This document shows, piece by piece, positions 41,028 to 49,271 of a DNA stretch of 64,000 nucleotides; the first letter of the stretch is position 1; each line of letters opens with the position of its first letter. A program made the translations under genes and the position numbers. Source of the stretch: Octopus vulgaris (Eukaryota); assembly GCA_951406725.2 (NCBI GenBank), contig OX597822.1, positions 89,838,001-89,902,000 on the forward strand. Direction: 5' to 3'. The notes under the pieces were generated by a model. That model made no database searches, had not been told where the DNA came from, and saw only the letters and a program-made list of their open reading frames with translations.

Positions 41028-41445
41028 ATGTATATATATATATACATACACGCACGCACACAGATATGTATATATATTGTTTATATATATGTGCATATCA
41101 GAAAATACGAGACCAAGCGCATCATCTGTAAAACGCTATGTCAAATCTATATCTATTTCATACGTAAATGTCAACATATCTAACTTTATCTTAAGAGTAA
41201 GTATCAATATAATCCCAATGAAAATGTTTGGTATAATAAGGCAAAGAATAAGTACGAGTAAAAAAACACACACAACTATTCGAATATATATATATGTATA
41301 TAATTATAACTGATAGATTTATTTTACTAAAGAACTCACCTTGTGACCAACGCGAAAACACTTCCTCTTTCACTCTATTTCCCCACAATAATTTCCGTGT
41401 GGCTTGCAGAAGATTAGGATCCAGTTTAGTCTCCCTGGAAGCCAT
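5469..41445 (-). CDS. MINDY3: Ubiquitin carboxyl-terminal hydrolase MINDY-3 (FAM188A), whole spliced gene: 12 coding exons, 447 aa
   Basis: Exons joined by hand: 41340-41445, 24806-24949, 23306-23513, 20163-20277, 18955-19028, 16653-16732, 14878-14948, 13891-13971, 11366-11438, 10194-10266, 6760-6922, 5469-5624. Total 1344 nt, open frame, all GT-AG. Recognised MINDY3 motifs: [20 protein letters not shown] (catalytic Cys), [49 protein letters not shown] (catalytic His), EF-hand DNEGNGFI, FHYNGL, CLETKWP...PSLN*. Confidence 0.96.
6030..6218 (+). mobile_element. Decayed RTE fragment
   Basis: GTGCAAGAGAGAAGACTGCACTGATTTGGTCATGTGATGCGGATGG, homologous to 29105-29230. Confidence 0.7.
6760..6922 (-). 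CDS. MINDY3: MINDY3 exon 11 ([17 protein letters not shown]...[14 protein letters not shown])
   Basis: Acceptor TTTAAG|T, donor AAG|GTAAAT. 163 nt, phase 2/0. Confidence 0.93.
7035..7278 (-). mobile_element. RTE 3'-tail copy (SINE-like, (GAT)n tail)
   Basis: Reverse complement of the GGCACGTAAAAAGCACCCACTACAC...GGAAGGGCATCCAG...CCGTCCAAC tail. Confidence 0.85.
7853..8000 (-). mobile_element. RTE 3'-tail copy
   Basis: Same tail family, with (CAT)n at its left end. Confidence 0.85.
8027..8335 (+). mobile_element. Non-autonomous Helitron
   Basis: A|TCTTTATATATAAAA...CCCGAGCAACGCCGGGCGATACTGCTAG|T. Shares its 3' end with 33781-34169. Confidence 0.85.
10194..10266 (-). CDS. MINDY3: MINDY3 exon 10 ([24 protein letters not shown])
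   Basis: Acceptor CTGTACAG|G, donor TT|GTAAGT. 73 nt, phase 1/2. Confidence 0.92.
10440..11280 (+). mobile_element. Heavily decayed mariner transposase relic
   Basis: Remnants encoding [17 protein letters not shown] and YSLDLAP. Confidence 0.6.
11366..11438 (-). CDS. MINDY3: MINDY3 exon 9 ([24 protein letters not shown])
   Basis: Acceptor TTTTCAG|G, donor GAAG|GTCAGT. 73 nt, phase 0/1. Encodes the entering helix of the EF-hand. Confidence 0.9.
12025..12378 (+). mobile_element. Bipartite tRNA-SINE with an internal deletion
   Basis: Same family as 42253-42665. Confidence 0.85.
12465..12852 (+). mobile_element. RTE 3'-tail copy with three internal subrepeats
   Basis: Same family, ends in (GAT)n. 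Confidence 0.88.
13891..13971 (-). CDS. MINDY3: MINDY3 exon 8 ([27 protein letters not shown], catalytic His)
   Basis: Acceptor CCGCAG|G, donor AAG|GTGGGT. 81 nt, phase 0/0. Confidence 0.96.
14378..14691 (+). mobile_element. RTE 3'-tail copy
   Basis: Same family, three GGCAYGTAAAAAGCACC units and a (GAT)n tail. Confidence 0.88.
14878..14948 (-). CDS. MINDY3: MINDY3 exon 7 ([24 protein letters not shown])
   Basis: Acceptor CTTTCAG|AA, donor GAG|GTGAGT. 71 nt, phase 1/0. Confidence 0.95.
15270..15666 (+). mobile_element. Bipartite tRNA-SINE, full copy
   Basis: Same family as 42253-42665. Confidence 0.9.
16653..16732 (-). CDS. MINDY3: MINDY3 exon 6 ([27 protein letters not shown])
   Basis: Acceptor TTTTCCAG|C, donor A|GTAAGT. 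80 nt, phase 2/1. Confidence 0.96.
17000..18160 (-). mobile_element. RTE-clade LINE 3' part
   Basis: [22 protein letters not shown]...RPRKTW. Reverse-complement homologue of 28550-29760. Confidence 0.88.
18955..19028 (-). CDS. MINDY3: MINDY3 exon 5 ([24 protein letters not shown])
   Basis: Poly-T tract then AG acceptor, donor AAG|GTGAGA. 74 nt, phase 0/2. Confidence 0.95.
20163..20277 (-). CDS. MINDY3: MINDY3 exon 4 (...[14 protein letters not shown])
   Basis: Acceptor TTTCACAG|A, donor AAG|GTAACC. 115 nt, phase 2/0. Confidence 0.93.
21655..21980 (-). mobile_element. Diverged bipartite tRNA-SINE
   Basis: Diverged match to the family. Further partial copies at ~1830-1956 (-), ~22698-22840 (+), ~54570-54700 (+) and ~54705-54856 (-). 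Confidence 0.7.
22024..22181 (-). mobile_element. Short Penelope-like fragment in (TA)n with a variant minimal hammerhead (22120-22155)
   Basis: Minus strand CTTT-CTGTAGA-a-GAGC(atag)GCTC-GAAA-CG-TA-AAAG. Core has A6->U and essentially no stem III. Confidence 0.55.
22469..22684. mobile_element. mariner-type MITE
   Basis: Imperfect TIRs TGAGGGAGTGCTAAAAGTT / AACTTTTCAGCACCCCCTTA, flanked by TA. Confidence 0.7.
23306..23513 (-). CDS. MINDY3: MINDY3 exon 3 (variable linker, ...[15 protein letters not shown])
   Basis: Acceptor TCTATAG|AG, donor TAAG|GTAATA. 208 nt, phase 1/2, which restores frame between exons 2 and 4. Confidence 0.85.
24020..24628 (+). mobile_element. mariner transposon 3' half (D,D34D transposase C-terminus plus right TIR)
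   Basis: MLSIWWD...HHDNTRPH...[16 protein letters not shown]. Ends ...ACCCAATA-TA. Confidence 0.92.
24806..24949 (-). CDS. MINDY3: MINDY3 exon 2 (catalytic Cys, [27 protein letters not shown]...)
   Basis: Acceptor TTTCCAG|GT, donor TCAG|GTAAAT. 144 nt, phase 1/1. Confidence 0.96.
25740..26226 (+). mobile_element. RTE LINE 3' fragment joined to the 3'UTR tail
   Basis: [21 protein letters not shown]...GRGRPRK, then the GGCACGTAAAAAGCACC...AAACGATGATGA tail. Confidence 0.88.
27060..27450 (+). mobile_element. Decayed RTE reverse-transcriptase fragment
   Basis: [10 protein letters not shown]-, LEKAFD- and LLYADD-encoding stretches. Confidence 0.65.
27460..28144. mobile_element. Helitron-like segment with CTAG 3' ends at both extremities
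   Basis: Minus-strand GGCAATGATGGGCTATTCAGCTAG|T at 27460. Plus-strand hairpin ACCCGTGCGTAGAGCGGGT...CTAG|T ending 28144. Confidence 0.55.
28325..29845 (+). mobile_element. 5'-truncated RTE-clade LINE (RT C-terminal part plus structured 3'UTR)
   Basis: [15 protein letters not shown]...[10 protein letters not shown]...[12 protein letters not shown] and [12 protein letters not shown]...GRGR, followed by the 3'UTR shared with many short copies. Confidence 0.9.
29845..30311. repeat. (TA)/(CA) compound microsatellite
   Basis: Directly visible. Confidence 0.95.
30345..33030 (-). mobile_element. CR1/L2-like LINE ORF2 relic (APE endonuclease + reverse transcriptase), frameshifted
   Basis: ORF fragments [21 protein letters not shown] (APE); [21 protein letters not shown] (RT); [21 protein letters not shown]. 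Confidence 0.9.
33574..33649 (+). ncRNA. Putative non-circularly permuted hammerhead ribozyme, copy 2
   Basis: CTGTTTCA..GCG-TC^TTGTCC-ttac-CTTC-GAAA-CAC..TGAAACAG-GGACAA-CTGAAGA-a-GAGG. Same architecture as copy 1 with compensatory changes, and one mismatch in stem III. Confidence 0.6.
33781..34169 (-). mobile_element. Non-autonomous Helitron
   Basis: 5' TC, subterminal GC-rich hairpin (CCTGAGCAACGCCGGG), 3' CTAG. Inserted exactly between A and T with no TSD; the empty site can be reconstructed from the sister repeat at 33061. Confidence 0.9.
34260..34568. repeat. (TA)/(CA)/(TACA) microsatellite
   Basis: Directly visible. Confidence 0.95.
34577..34790. mobile_element. piggyBac-type MITE
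   Basis: TTAA-CCCTTTAG...CTAAAGGG-TTAA. Confidence 0.8.
34896..35109. mobile_element. piggyBac-type MITE
   Basis: TTAA-CCCTTTTGTTAC...GTAACAAAAGGG-TTAA. Confidence 0.82.
35364..36554. mobile_element. Tc1/mariner-derived foldback made of two inverted transposon 3' ends
   Basis: TA-CA..TCCCAAAAGTCACT / AGTGACTTTTGGGACACCCTG-TA. WPS.SPDL...DFFLWGYL is encoded in both orientations (~35670-35730 -, ~35847-35902 +). Confidence 0.82.
35903..36135 (-). mobile_element. Second tRNA-SINE family, with 16-bp target-site duplication
   Basis: TCTTGTGGGAATACCT at 35887-35902 and 36136-36151. Minus strand has GAGCTGGCAGAAACGTTAG (A-box-like) and GAGTTCAAATTCC (B box). Confidence 0.88.
36878..37507 (+). mobile_element. 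Two tandem RTE 3'-tail copies from different subfamilies
   Basis: 36878-37126 and 37127-37507 each end in ...CCATGCYAGCATGG...TTAAAYGATGATG. Confidence 0.82.
37785..39670 (-). mobile_element. Second, more decayed CR1/L2-like LINE
   Basis: [18 protein letters not shown] matches the 30811-30996 fragment. LDLCFTN-encoding sequence at ~39630-39655. Confidence 0.8.
38420..38695 (+). mobile_element. 276-bp insertion in a LINE, with 12-bp target-site duplication, TATA box and decayed hammerhead
   Basis: TTTCTG(C/T)AGAAG at 38408-38419 and 38696-38707; the LINE alignment resumes across it. TATATAA at ~38487. ATG-CTGACGA-a-GGGG(caacaa)CCCC-cAAA..CAT at 38528-38565. Confidence 0.55.
41340..41445 (-). 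CDS. MINDY3: MINDY3 exon 1 ([35 protein letters not shown])
   Basis: ATG at 41445-41443. LWG...F.RW.QG matches the MINDY3 N-terminus. Donor CAAG|GTGAGT, phase 1. Confidence 0.9.
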
Positions 41446-41620
41446 CGTTAAAAATATGCACTATCCAGGATTTAAAAGGCAACAATTATATTATAGTGGA
41501 GGCTCTTCAGAGAAGGGAGAACAGTGACGTCCCACCAGCATGTTAAAAGACTATGGCAACGCCATCATATGAACAACAAAAACAATTATGCAAAGCGGTT
41601 GCTGCGCCCTCTAACTAATT
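41446..41620 (-). promoter_or_regulatory. Probable MINDY3 5'UTR/promoter
   Basis: Non-repeat sequence with some CpG directly upstream of the ATG. CRE-like TGACGTC (41525), YY1-like CGCCAT (41560), CTCF-like GCGCCCTCTA (41604). Motif matches only. Confidence 0.35.
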
Positions 41621-42252
41621 ACTTCCCCTGACCAATTTTACACTTTCCAAAACGTGTTTTAATTTTTGTAATATTGGAAATCATAATTATAGCAATTAAA
41701 ATGGGCATGTTTATTTCATTTAAATAGCTGATAAACCATTTCTGTATGGCTACATTTAATCATAGTTTTTTTTAAAATAAGGTCTGCTGTTTACACTGTT
41801 TTGAATATATTGAAATAGATGCCCATTATATAGTCGACACTTACTGAAAGCATTGTGTTATACATAAAAGCAAAATATACTTATTTTCGTGATTCAGTCT
41901 TAGTTAAATATTGACGTTACATCCCATTTCAACTGTCTTCTCTCCAAAGAACAATAATCCACGTGGCTCTTCGACCTGTTGGAAATAACAGCCAAATCTC
42001 CCTCCATATTCTATCTGAAAAGGAGACTGGTCATTACTAGATATCTTTAATTAAAAATTAGCTTCATCAGGGCTAACCTGAAACTAAACACTATCTTCCT
42101 TTTATGCAAATATTTAAAAATATGCAAATAAACAAAAGCATGTTATTAATATTGCCTTTCAGAATGCCACCATTCTATATCTGTATGTGTATCTTCACAT
42201 GTATTAAATTTAAATGGCAAAACTCAATGTTAAGTTTGTGCACGAACTATTC

Positions 42253-42406
42253 GGCTGTGTGGTAAGTAGCTTGTTTACCAACCACATGGTTCCGGGTTCA
42301 GTCCCACTGCGTGGTACCTTGGGCAAGTGTCTTCTACTATAGCCTCGGGCCGACCAAAGCCTTGTGAGTGGATTTGGTAGACGGAAACTGAAAGAAGCCC
42401 GTCGTA

Positions 42407-42454
<48 letters not shown>

Positions 42455-42665
42455 TGTGTGTGCTTGTGTGTCTGTGTTTGTCCCCCTAGCATTGCTTGAC
42501 AACCAATGCTGGTGTGTTTATGTCCCCGTTACTTAGCAGTTCGGCAAAAGAGACCGATAGAATAAGTACTGGGCTTACAAAAGAATAAGTCCCGGGGTTG
42601 AGTTGCTCGATTAAAGGCGGTGTTCCAGCATAGCCGCAGTCAAATGACTGAAACAAGTAAAAAAA
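42253..42665 (+). mobile_element. Bipartite tRNA-derived SINE with internal (TA)/(TG) microsatellite
   Basis: A box GGCTGTGTGG, B box GGTTCAGTCCC, CORE-like CCTTGGGCAAGT, central microsatellite, conserved 3' half ending CAAATGACTGAAACAAGTAAAA. Confidence 0.9.
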
Positions 42666-43339
42666 GAAGAAAAAAAAGAGTAATGGCAGTATCCCAGCAT
42701 AGTCACAGCCTTTGGGCTACAACACACAAAGGAATTAAATAAGAGAATAAAGAGAGAGGAAAAAGTCAGTAAATACATAACCAAAATAGGGGTATGCACA
42801 CCCCTTCAATTATACAATTTGCTTGGGAAAACTGGTGCACCCCTCTAAAAAACACCTCAACATACTCATGTCATTACTGTGAGAAACTGTGTAACTGAGG
42901 TAGTTGAGCAACCAGGCACTCCACCCAAGTATCATTTGATAGATCATTGAAGAGGGACACTAACAAAGTCAAAAAGTTACTTGTCAGTGGTCCAGCACCC
43001 ATGAACAACTCAAAAGCTACAGACTGAAAAATGCAATGTTCTGGCAGATTGTGATATTTCAATGTTTTATTCTATTCAGTTATACATGCAATAATCTCCA
43101 TCTCTATTACAACATTAAAAACATGAGCTGGAGGAAATGAGTTGCTGACATCCCACACAAGTATTTGCCTTTAGCCTAAGGGCAAAGTGTGAGGCCATCA
43201 GGCATTAACCCTATGTAATCCTGCTGACTCCAGAAATTAGGAGATATTTACTCTAGCTAGCATTCATTTAAAGGTTAGGTTTTATTTCTTTTGTAACACC
43301 CAATGCAACTTACTTTTACTTAATATGGTAATTCAAAAA

Positions 43340-46300
43340 GATGTAAGGAATCAAGAAGTTTATTTTTTACCAAAATAATACCTCATTCCTCCACATGCAT
43401 CAGCTCTGACTCTGAAAATTGGAGATGCAAAGCTCACCCAGCTTCAGTAAGACACTAATTTTTGCCATGTGCAAAATATATACCCAATCTCTAGAAAATT
43501 TTGCATTTACAGAAAGTAAACATCTTTTCATTTCTGTAATGAAGTTGTCCTTTTCTGCATTTTGTTTTATGTCTTCTAGGATCACTGGTAATTTGCATAC
43601 CACATTCCACATTACATTTTTTATTTCTCATTCTGAACTTAAGGCTGTGATTACTGTACCTTCAAATGGTTTGCAGTATTTTGGTGTCAGTCTGAACCAA
43701 AAATCTGCATGCCTTAATTTCTTTGACAGTAAATATTCCATTTTGAAATCAAATCATAATCCAATAACGTAGTGCCCCATTGCTCTAGTCAATTAGCTGT
43801 GTGTGTTGGTATTCCTTTTTTAGAACCGTATATCGACTGTAGTGGACGGTGATCCATTTGTATACAGAAACTTCTTCCATGAATAAATCTAATTGCTAAC
43901 ACTTTCTTTTCTATTTGGTTGTAGTTCCTTTCTGCTGGTAATAATGATCATGACGCATAGGCTATAACTCTTTTACTCCCATTGTCATATTTGTGCAGAA
44001 GCACTGCTCCTACACCATAATCACTCGCATCTGTATCCAATATAATATCCAGCTTCAGATCAAAATGCATTAACAATAAGTTTGATGTTAAAATGTTTTC
44101 TAATTTATCGAATGCCTTCTGGCACTTATCAGTCCAGCACCATTTTGCATTTTTCTTTGACAAATCCTTTAGTGGGGCCCTTACATTGTGTATATTAGGA
44201 ATACAAATTTGGTAGTAATTTACTAGTCCTAAAAAAGCTTGTCGCATAGTCACATTATTTACTGTGAGCATATTTTTTTTATCGCAGCTGCTCTGGATGG
44301 ATCTGGCTTCCATCCACATAAAATAATAAGTTACAAGTTTGTGAAGATTTTTTTTATCTATTATCTGGCCCAAATATTCAATTTTTCTCAGAAAGAACTC
44401 ACATTTTTTCTCACTTGGCTTAAAGCTGTATTCTCTCATTTTTTCCAATACTCTTTTTACATGTTCTACATGTTGTTCATGTAATTCACTTAGGTGATAT
44501 CAAAATCATTGTCCACCAGCATTATATCTATGACTTGTTGAAATATGGAAGGAGCCACTTTTACACTGGAGGGGAGCAGCTTAATTTAAATAAGTCACGG
44601 TGTGTATTAATAGCTAATAAGTGTGAGTATTCTTCTTCTATTTGGATTTGTAAGTATGCTTTCAAGAGGTCTAATTTTGACAAGAATTTCCCTCCATTCG
44701 ATTTTGCAAACACTTCCTCAGGACTCGGCAATTGGTGGTTACGTGAGCTTCAGCAATCATTTAAACCCATTTAAAAATCTGCACAAACTTGTAACTAATT
44801 ATTTTTCTGAGTGGTTTGTCTTCTTGATTATTCCTAGGCTTTCAAGTCTTTCAAGTTCCTTATTTACCTGTTCTAGTGCTGCGAACAGTACATTACATTT
44901 TGGCTCAAATATAGGTGTTGCACTTTGTTTTACAACAATTTTTGCCTTTGTTTTTATGCAGCAGCCCAGATCATCTGAGAAAACATTCAGGAATAAATGT
45001 TTTATTTTTCATTTCAATCCCTCAGCCACATTTGAACCTTTGACTGAACTGACTACATTCCCATGCAAAACACTTATGGGTGTATTTCACAATTTGAACA
45101 GTTCCACCCACTCTTTGCCAAACAAATTTACTGAATTTTTTAACACATATACTTTTGCCATTTTCATTTGGTCCTAAATGTCACATTACACACAAATTCA
45201 CCTACAAAATATAATCTTTTACCTGTAATACCATGTGCTATTTTTCTCTCTTTCTCTTTTACTTGTTTCAGTCACTTGACTGCGGCCATGCTGGAGCACC
45301 GCCTTTAGTCAAGCAAATCGACCCCGGGACTTATTCTTTGTACTTATTCTATCGGTCTCTTGCCGAACCGCTAAGTGATGGGAACGTAAACACACCAGCA
45401 TCGGTTGTCAAGCAATGCTAGGGGGACAAACATAGACACACAAACACATACACACACATACATATATATATATACATATATACGACAGGCTTCTTTCAGT
45501 TTCCGTCTACCAAATCTACTCACAAGGCATTGGTCGGCCCGGGGCTATAGCAGAAGACACTTGCCCAAGATGCCACGCAGTGGGACTGAACCCGGAACCA
45601 TGTGGTTGGTTAGCAAGCTACTTACCACATAGCCACTCCTGCGCCTTTTGTAGATTTACCAATATACTTTTTTAAGTTTCTTCATTCACAATGGTAGTAT
45701 CACTTCGAGTATCTAACTGCATTTTTACTCTTATATTTTCAATTTTCACATTCATGAATTTCCTCTTTGTCATATTACCATTTTCTTTCAACAACATTTT
45801 GTTTATTCTTCTTTCTTTGTTCCAACGTTTTGTCATCTTGGTTATACAGTGTGCTTTTACGTGTCCAATTTTTCCACAACAGAAACATTCCACTTTCTTA
45901 GATGGGCAGTTTTTTTTCAGGTGTAGACCTCCACATGCAAAACATGGGTTTGTTTCCTGACTTTTGTCTTGTTTGTACCATATTTTAGTACACACTTGAT
46001 TTCTATTCTGCCTGTTTTGTATTTCCCAATGCATTTGTTTCACTTGGGAGTAATCTTTATGTTCAATATTCCTTGTGTCATGCCTTAAATTTACTATTCT
46101 TTCACACTCTTCTGACACTTGTTGTAAGGTTATAGCTTGGTTTTGTTCCAACTTAGCGAAAATTCTTGTTCTTACCTCTGTGTCTTTTCCTGCAGTTAGT
46201 CCCTAAATAAATATCAGGCACTTGAACATGTCTGGCATTAACTCATCCAGTTTGAACTTTTCACATTCTCAGTTAACTACTAGCATATGTGATGTAGTTC

Positions 46301-47079
46301 TCTTAATTGTTTTCTTCTAACCCCAAACATTTCCAGTGAGTATTGAACAACAAGCTTTTCTCACTAAAAATTTTACACAAGATGTCTATTGTATTTCTAA
46401 AGTTTGCCATAAGACTTTTTGGAGAGTACATAATTGCCCTAATGCTCATGTTCTCCTGCTGCCAGTTTTCTTAGGATTAGATGCATTTTCATATTGTCGT
46501 CCCAATCTTTGCTCTCTTTATTGAAGATCTGTTCGTAGTACACCTCAAAGGTAACTCCTTCATCTGGTTCGTATCGGAATTCTGTAATTGAGTTTGCAAC
46601 ATTATCTGGTGAGAACATCTTTTCAGCATTTTTGGACGACTTACTATTCATTAATTGCATCATTTACTGCTGTAATGATAATTGTTGTTGTTGTTCTTGC
46701 AGTTATTGTTGTTACTGTTGTTGTTCTTGCAGTAGTTGTTGTTGCTGTTTTTGCATCTTAAGCAAACCGGCTAACAATTCTTCCATAATTTTATGATTTT
46801 GTATATCGTGAAATCCACACAAAAACTTTAGTGAGTTTGTTTAATCCTCATGAGTTTGTTAATTCCTCATCGCCACTGTTATAATCCAACGTCAGACTGT
46901 TATAACCATCACTCCAGTATAACAGCATAGTTAGTTAAACAAGTAAAGACACAACTATCTATGACCAACTCTGTCGACAACTCGACTTCCTATATCACAG
47001 TATTTATAACAACTAGCATATACCACTTATCAAGTGGGAGGGGTGTTCCATTATTAGTATCATTATCATCCCTATAACA
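43340..47079 (-). mobile_element. Decayed Ty3/Gypsy LTR retrotransposon (5' LTR 46877-47079, PBS, gag, protease, RT, RNase H; 3' part missing)
   Basis: TGTTATA...TATAACA LTR followed on the minus strand by a PBS-like TGGCGATGAGGA (46875-46864). Two CCHC knuckles (CFACGGLHLKKNC, CFCCGKIGHVKAHC), protease LDTRSD, KCEFF...YLGQII, FLGLVNYY, RNase H DASDYGVGAVL...IAYAS. Confidence 0.92.
45253..45645 (-). mobile_element. Bipartite tRNA-SINE inserted in the Gypsy protease region
   Basis: Same family, reverse orientation. Interrupts pol between ORFs 45672-46151 and the downstream pol sequence. Confidence 0.9.
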
Positions 47080-48134
47080 AATATATTTTAAGAAAATATC
47101 AGGGAAGTATACGCAAATATACAAACCAAAAGGTAGCTAGGGTACTACTTATTATTTTAAACTTTAAGTATTAAAATACTTTGCCACAAATTTATATAAT
47201 TATAAACAGTTAACAGAAATGGTTAAAACTAGCAATCAGGGATTAGAAATGAACAATAACAAGTAAAGGGATAATCAGACTAAGACTACAATATAATCCT
47301 ATTGGTTCAGCTGCAATAGTAAGGTTAAGATATATTTTTCAAAGAGGATGGTAAAGTAAATTACACAAATACAAAGTGAAGAAGATAAAACCAAAACAAA
47401 ATAAAAAATAAAAGCAAAATAAAGCAAAAACAATAAAAATAGAGATAAAAAGGAAAATGGCTGTGTAAAGAAAGGGATATAGGAAAATAAAATGGATACT
47501 TTCTTGTCATTATAATAAATAGTGAGAAGGGGAAGGGAATAGAAACCTTCTGTAATCTGAGTAATTAAGAAATTGGACCTTTTCTGTTTGGCTGGACCTA
47601 TTGAAATTTCAAAGTTTATTGAAAATTTCAAAATTTGGTGTATTAATGTAATTTTCCAAGCTGAATCTTAAGAGATTTTTTGCTTTTTCTGGAAAATTTT
47701 AAAAAAAAAGTTATAACGGTTTAAAGTGTGATAATTTTCACCCAGTCAGAAAACAGGATTTGGAAGCTGTCTGTTTTGTGCATGACAGCACATGTTGTCA
47801 ACTGTAAACAGATGAAATATTGGCAAAATTCTGCTTTATGCACACCATATAAACCCTCATAATTTTTTTATTCTTTGGAATTTTCAGAAAAATTTTGCAA
47901 ATTTATATTCTACATATAGGCACAGAAGTGGCTGTGTGGTTCCGGGTTCAGTCCCACTGCATGGCACCTTGGGCAAGTGTCTTCTACTATATCCTCAGGC
48001 CGACCAAAGCCTTGTGAGTGGATTTGGTAGACAGAAACTGAAAGAAGCCCGTTGTGTATATATATATATATATATATATAGTGAATTGAAGAAATGGAGT
48101 TGAACGAAGATTGAACAGAAATCGTTTTATTGCA

Positions 48135-48214
48135 TTCTACACGTGTTTCGAAAGGCACAATTTACCAAATTCCGATTGAATAAGGAGACCATATTGTGTC
48201 TTTCTCTTCAGGAA
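48135..48214 (-). ncRNA. Minimal type I hammerhead ribozyme (left arm)
   Basis: Reverse-complement copy of 48941-49020. Confidence 0.8.
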
Positions 48215-48940
48215 GAAATAGGAAATCCGTTGGAAAAAACAAAAACAGAACAGAGGCGGAGCAAAACAAATCGAACGAGGCTCCTAAGAGCCCATGGCCA
48301 AACTGTTTATCAATGTATGTTGAAAACTGGTGGTGGGTGCGTTGAAGGTTTTAACGGGTCAGGCAGCGGTCATTCCGGTGGGTGGGAGCACAGGGTGCTT
48401 AGATGTTCTTTGTGACCGAGACTAAAGTTCTGACTATTTAAAGAATATTAGGTGTATTATATGGGGCGAGACGAATGGTGGTTTGTCTTGACGATGGGGG
48501 GTTTCTTTGACAAGGCAGGCTTAGACGAACACACGCACACATAAAAAATTTTTTTCTGCCACCCGACGGATTTTATAGCAGTGACCATTGTATAGGGCTG
48601 TTTACCAACTGACGGCCACGTGATCAAACGCACATACGAACACATAGAACAGTACACACACACATGTTTCTAAGTAGATTTTGTCTCGCCCCATATAATA
48701 CACCTAATATTCTTTAAATAGTCAGAACTTTAGTCTCGGTCACAAAGAACATCTAAGCACCCTGTGCTCCCACCCACCGGAATGACCGCTGCCTGACCCG
48801 TTAAAACCTTCAACGCACCCACCACCAGTTTTCAACATACATTGATAAACAGTTTGGCCATGGGCTCTTAGGAGCCTCGTTCGATTTGTTTTGCTCCGCC
48901 TCTGTTCTGTTTTTGTTTTTTCCAACGGATTTCCTATTTC

Positions 48941-49020
48941 TTCCTGAAGAGAAAGACACAATATGGTCTCCTTATTCAATCGGAATTTGGTAAATTGTGC
49001 CTTTCGAAACACGTGTAGAA
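48941..49020 (+). ncRNA. Minimal type I hammerhead ribozyme (right arm)
   Basis: TTC-CTGAAGA-GAAAGaCACAAT...ATTGTGcCTTTC-GAAA-C(ACGT)G-TA-GAA. Intact core, long stem II, palindromic CACGTG stem III, GUA triplet (cut after 49017), 3-bp stem I, AATAAA at 49024. Confidence 0.8.
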
Positions 49021-49231
49021 TGCAATAAAACGATTTCTGTTCAATCTTCGTTCAACTCCATTTCTTCAATTCACTAATAATATTAAAATTCAATTATCCG
49101 CACCAACGCACGGTTGCAACACCATATGGTTGTACCTCCAACCGTGCTGTCTTCTGCTGTGATTTTTGCTACCAAGGTATCGGTTAAACTTTTGATTAAT
49201 CTGCAACAAGATTATTCATCTTTCTATTTCA

Positions 49232-49266
<35 letters not shown>

Positions 49267-49271
<5 letters not shown>

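Larger units (their letters stand above)
48079..49235. mobile_element. Non-coding Penelope-like palindromic element: 394-bp inverted arms 48079-48472 / 48683-49076, 210-bp spacer, 3' extension to ~49235
   Basis: Arms are reverse complements with no mismatch seen (paired coordinates sum to 97155). Each arm carries a hammerhead motif followed by AATAAA. Flanked by (TA)n on both sides. Confidence 0.85.

Noticed and set aside
42253-42310. tRNA genes at SINE heads
   Set aside because: A and B boxes are present, but there is no complete cloverleaf and they continue into SINE bodies.
48143-49012. Two identical 90-aa ORFs on opposite strands
   Set aside because: A by-product of the palindrome. They start at GTG inside the hammerhead and have no recognisable domain.
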